DNA from: Amoebophrya sp. A120
Taxonomy: Eukaryota; Protista; Dinoflagellata
Direction of reading: 5' to 3'
Length of the DNA: 64,000 bases
Assembly: GCA_905178155.1 (NCBI GenBank)
Contig: CAJINV010000006.1
Location: 3,346,437 to 3,410,436, forward strand
Positions 59,426-64,000 of the stretch are shown here, piece by piece. Every line of letters begins with the position of its first letter. Position 1 is the first letter of the stretch. Below the pieces are notes generated by a model. That model saw only the letters and a program-made list of their open reading frames with translations, did no database searches and was not told where the DNA came from. The translations under genes were made by a program, and so were the position numbers.

Positions 59426-62400
59426 ATGGCTCGCCTGGTACCCGTTTCTTCTTTTCCGTTGCGGGCCGCGCTCGTGCTCTGCCTGCCCGCCGTGACCCTG
59501 CAGTTTTCCGGGTCGCTATTTGCCTCCGCCATCCGGGTGCACAGTGACGACCAAATCAACCATGTTGCTACTCTAGCATCTTCACCTGCAGCGCTGCTCG
59601 TCACAAAGTCTTCAAAGCAAGACCCCACAGCAGCTCCAGCGGCTCCAGCACCCAAACCCAGCGGCTGGGGCGTCCACCACAGCACCACATCGCATTTGAA
59701 GAAACCGGGGAAGGGCTACAGCTACGGCTCGCCACTGTACGGCCAGAACATGCACTCCGTTTCCTATCCCACGAAAAAACTGTTTCACTGTGATGATTTT
59801 GCAATATCTGCATCACAAGTCTGCTACACATGGCGCGGAGAACTTGCCATGCGCGCTTCCCGAGGGAAAACACGCTTCAAAACCCAATGTCTTGCAGGTG
59901 TAGCAAGACAAACAGCTTGGTGCTTTCTTGTCTGCATCACAAGTTCACAGTGAAGCAGTTTTTTCTTGCGATATTTCCCACAACTCCTACACGACCCAGT
60001 TCCCGCCGGCTCCGCCATCGACCGCCATGCAATGTGTGATCACCCTGACCTTATGCATTGCAAATATGTCTGGGTCTGGCTCTGGAAAGTTGTCATGCTA
60101 ATGTCCAAAGGATAGGCGAACTGTGTTGCTGAGCCGCGCATGACAAGTTTCTGAGCGGCTATGCCTAGCGCTAACCGCATGACAAATAGCCCTTTTACAT
60201 GACAAACAAATGCCGTTGTAGCGCGACAAGCATGACAGACTTCTGTGTATTGCTATTGCCGGCCGAGCATGACAATCTTCTATTCTACTTCCAGACCCAG
60301 AAGTCGTTCTCTTCCCCGTGCTGTACCAAGGTCTTGTTTCCAGACAAAACACCCGACATTTTTGCAGTTCATAGACCTTTCAGTTCTTCATGATCCTCTC
60401 TGCGGTCGCGATTTTGAAGACGATCAAAGAACTTTCCGCCAACAACAAACCCTCCACTCTGCTCGTCGCGTTGCAAGTGTCCCGCGGGACCTTGACCTTC
60501 GTCCCCATGCTGTGCGTGTTTTTCCTGGCGATCCGCATGCGGGCAGTGCAGTTGGCGGGCGGGGATAACGACCAATTCGATTTGCCGCCAAACTGGATGA
60601 AGACGATGATGAAGATCGCAACATCGGCTGTTGTGATCCAGGGGGTTGTCGTGCTGCTTTGCCCGTTTTTGTTGAACAAAATGCCGGAAGTCGACAGCGA
60701 CGGAAACATTGTACCGCCGAGTTCCACTGCGGCGGCTTTATGGTGCTGGAAAAAAGCTTAGCAGAAGCGGGCTGATAGATGCTTTGATACACAAGGGTCG
60801 TTACTTACAACACTGAATACGTCTGCAGGAGTGTCCTGGACCACGGCTACCACGACAGTGACAGTGTTAAGAACTACCAGGTTGTCATGCGTCTTCGTGC
60901 ACATGTTGAAAAAGTTGCTGATTCTCACTTGGAATAGGCCGCGCATGTGCAGCTATTCCTGTGCGAAAGGCAGTACTCATCACAAATCAATATCAAACAT
61001 CAAGCAGAGGCAGCTTCACTTGGTTCTTTATTTCTCTTGTATACATCGGCGGAACGCTCCAGAGAAGCTGGGGATCTACGGTATAAAAATGACTGACACT
61101 ACTTTTGACCACGATGACAAAATATTTCTTCGTACATGCTGATCATTATTGCTTCACAAAATACCATCCTATTCCTAGTTGTGGCTGCGCATGACAAACT
61201 TTCAAACTCAACCTTCTATCTAATTAAGGTTCTCACCATAATCCGGTCCTTCTCCTTCCTCGGCCTGTGGACGTCGATTTATCCTGCTGAAACAAGATGA
61301 AGTTCGGGTCAATACGAAATTTGTATTGCAGAGAACAGTAATATGAAAAGCTAACGTATCTATGCCATACTAGCATGACAAATTCAACCCTGACCCGAAA
61401 TCAAAACTTTTCGCAAGTGCATTCTCTTCCAGCACTGATTACCGGCATGTGGTTCATGAAGCCTCCGGTCGAAATTTGGGGCCCCCGGGCGGACATGCAG
61501 AACGAAGATTTTCCCTGGCCGGCAACCTCCTATCAAATGCAAAATGAAGATTGCGAGACTTGTCATGCTTGTCTGGCATGACCAAAAAAGTTTGTGATGC
61601 GTGTCCAAGAAGAGACCCTTTTGCCTGTCATGCAAAAACGCAGTTTGTCATGCGAAAAACGCAACACAAAGAAGCGCAGATATTTCTCATGCTTGGCTGT
61701 GCATTACAGAGCATTCACTATTCCCAACGCAGCATTACAAGTTTCCAGACCCAGACATTTTTACATTTGATACTTCTGTGAAAGCCACGATGGACATGAC
61801 GTCCCTGTTTTTCGTCGTCTACTTCGCCCTCGTATCAACTGTAAAAATGTCTGGGTCTGGAAGATTGCCAGGTTTGTCATGCACATTCTGCATGACTCCT
61901 CAAGTCTGTGATGCATGCCCTAGCATCACAGATTTTTAGAGGGCTTCCTGAAGCCCATTCCGCATGACAAATGCCCTTTCCGTGCTGCAAAATTTGGACT
62001 CTCTTTGCTGCTCATGCAATACAGATTTTTTTAGAGTCCGAAATCAGCATGACAAGTTGAATTCTTCCAGACCCAGACATTTTTACAGTTGATACGTCGC
62101 GATGCTCCGGGAGTTCAACAGCCCCAAATTCGCCCACACGATTGCGTACGCATTGCAAAAGTATCGTACTAGTTCTAGTAGTGATTGCATAACAAATTTG
62201 CTTAGCATTTTTACGAACAAAACTTGTAATGCTGTTTTACCTTAGGAACGAGATTTGTCATGCATAACAGCAATTACAACTACGAGTGCGATACTTTTGC
62301 AATGCATATCACCCTGCTCCAAACCGTGACACCAACTTTGAACCTCGCCCCGATGTTCTGCATCTTGTTTCTCGGTGCCAGGATGCGGGCCTTGCAAATG

Positions 62401-64000
62401 GACCCCATTGACGGGCACGTGCAAAACTGGTATCGACTGCAAATATGTCTGGGTCTGGAACAAGGATGCAACTTGTGATGCGCATTTTGGATTAGACAAA
62501 AATAATCAGTCATGCAGGGACAGCAAAAGTAGCTTACAACTCATCATCAAACTCTGGAATTTCTCATGCGATCTAGGCACTGGGAAACCTCAATCACCAA
62601 ACCTGTGATGCTATTGCTGGCATGCCAGAGCTTCTGGGTCATGCAAAATCAGTATGACAAAGTCCGCAGTCATCCAGACTCAGACATATTTGCAATGCAG
62701 AACTGGGCGAAGGTCGCGATGATCTTGACCACAACCGGTATGGAAGTGCAAATACGTCTGGGTCTGGAAACTTGTCATGATGAATTGGCGAGACTGAAAT
62801 ACATTCCAATGCAGCCAAGCATGAGAAGTTTGCAGAGCCCGTCCTCTTGCGCAGTCCGCATGAGAAACAGGGCTTTTGTATTACAAAAAGGGGGACTCTC
62901 TTGCTAGTCATGCAATACAGGTTTTACAGGAGTGTAGGACTAGCATTACAAGTTCCATATTTCCGGACCCAGAGATTTGCAATCCATAACCGGTATGGAA
63001 GTGCAGATTCTGGCGATGTTCGTCTGCGGCCTGTGTCTGAACGGCGAGGTGAGGGCGGGGAACTGTGAAGGGGATGTGTATCCTCAGCAAAAACGTCCCC
63101 AGCACAAAGTTGTAATGCAAATGCGCAATGACAGGAACATTTGTAATGCGCATCTCCACGAGACGACGAGGCATTTTTCATCGTGATTTGACAATTTTGT
63201 AATGCTGTAAACAGAATGAGAAATTGGCTTTCTCGTGCGGCTTGCTTAGCTTTCTCGTGCGGCTTGCCTTGCTAAGCACCACTACACTACAGACGGAAAC
63301 TTATCATGCACAACTCCCAAAGCTTGGCGGTTTGTGTTGCAGATTTACCAACTTGGCTATGGGTTGGGGTCGTTTTTGCTCCGGATAATGTGAGGTTTAA
63401 AGTCAGCAACCCCTGGGTCATGGTGGTGATGCAGGTAATGGTGATGTTGTCACGAATTCATCATGGTTTTTTGTCATGCGTGAAACTGCATGAGAAGGAC
63501 TTTCTGTCATGCATAAAACCACTTTACAAATATTTGTTCATTCTGCCATTCACAACATATTCAGATCATCCGTTGGTCCACGATCGTCTGCATCTATACC
63601 GGCGCATTGATGGTTTTAGTTTCCGTCTGCGTGCTCGAGCACCCGAAAGACCCGGCAAAGACGCCGCCAGTCAGCTCGGCAATGAAGTGTGTGATGATCT
63701 TGACGGTACTGTACCTCATTGTCTACTTCGGCCTGTTCCTGATGACCTCGCTCCGCACCTGCTTGGGCAGTCAGTTTGGTTCGTCCGTCCTCCGTGCGTT
63801 CGACACGGCTCGCGGCACGGTATTCTTCGCGCCGATGCTGTATCCTGCGTAAAAACGTTCCCACCCCAGAGTTGTCATGCAGAATTACAATCACTGAAAA
63901 ACTTGTAATGCGCATTTCCATGAGAGGCATTTTCAATCGTGTTATGCAATTTGTGATGCTGTCAAGAGAATACCAGGATGGATTTGTGATGCGGTTGTCC
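59426..64000 (+). CDS. Multi-pass membrane protein with a repeated (A/V)PML...RMRA.Q domain; 3'-partial
   Basis: Signal-like N-terminus. Repeat units TLTFVPMLCVFFLAIRMRAVQL (~60490), TLNLAPMFCILFLGARMRALQMDP (~62335) and TVFFAPML (~63817), each preceded by a PP.S.AM.CV-like helix. Elements at 59765-59973, 60052-60373, 61531-61772, 61833-62094, 62147-62308, 62431-62701, 62739-62988, 63079-63387 and 63841 onward; GT-AG intron 63435-63564. The 60739-61420 stretch is less certain. Confidence 0.8.
63079..63387. mobile_element. Introner, family I (TATCC...AAAAACGnCCC)
   Basis: Repeat ATGTG/ATGTG; a second member starts at 63841 and runs off the window. Confidence 0.88.

Overview
This is eukaryotic genomic DNA, most likely from an Amoebophrya-like (Syndiniales) parasitic dinoflagellate; that assignment is inferred from the intron architecture, not from a search. 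The ORF track is fragmented because the genes are split by about 65 distinct short elements (mostly ~140-330 bp; about 75 counting a duplicated segment). These elements start TAT(C/G) (sometimes TAC), nearly always end (C/G)ATA, carry terminal inverted repeats (TIRs) from at least 8 families, and are flanked by 5-nt direct repeats. Removing one element plus 5 nt restores the reading frame in every case I traced, so these MITE-like elements act as non-canonical introns (introners). Manual splicing gives + strand genes only: a low-complexity repeat protein, an OTU deubiquitinase, a SAM-methyltransferase-domain protein, two paralogous secreted proteins, a small basic protein, a Ser/Thr kinase, dihydrolipoamide dehydrogenase (17 introns) and a repeat multi-pass membrane protein. 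The window also holds a ~7.8 kb near-identical duplication across an N gap, a GC-rich 1.55 kb island and a 246-bp palindromic satellite. The most notable observations are: (i) an inferred fixed splice register N-TAT...ATA-NNNN; (ii) the same element acting as an intron in both orientations; (iii) a decamer TTTGT(C/A/G)ATGC repeated in both orientations in introns of nearly all classes, including GT-AG ones; (iv) empty-site paralogs showing insertion with a 5-bp target duplication. Exon structures are hand-derived and have no transcript support.
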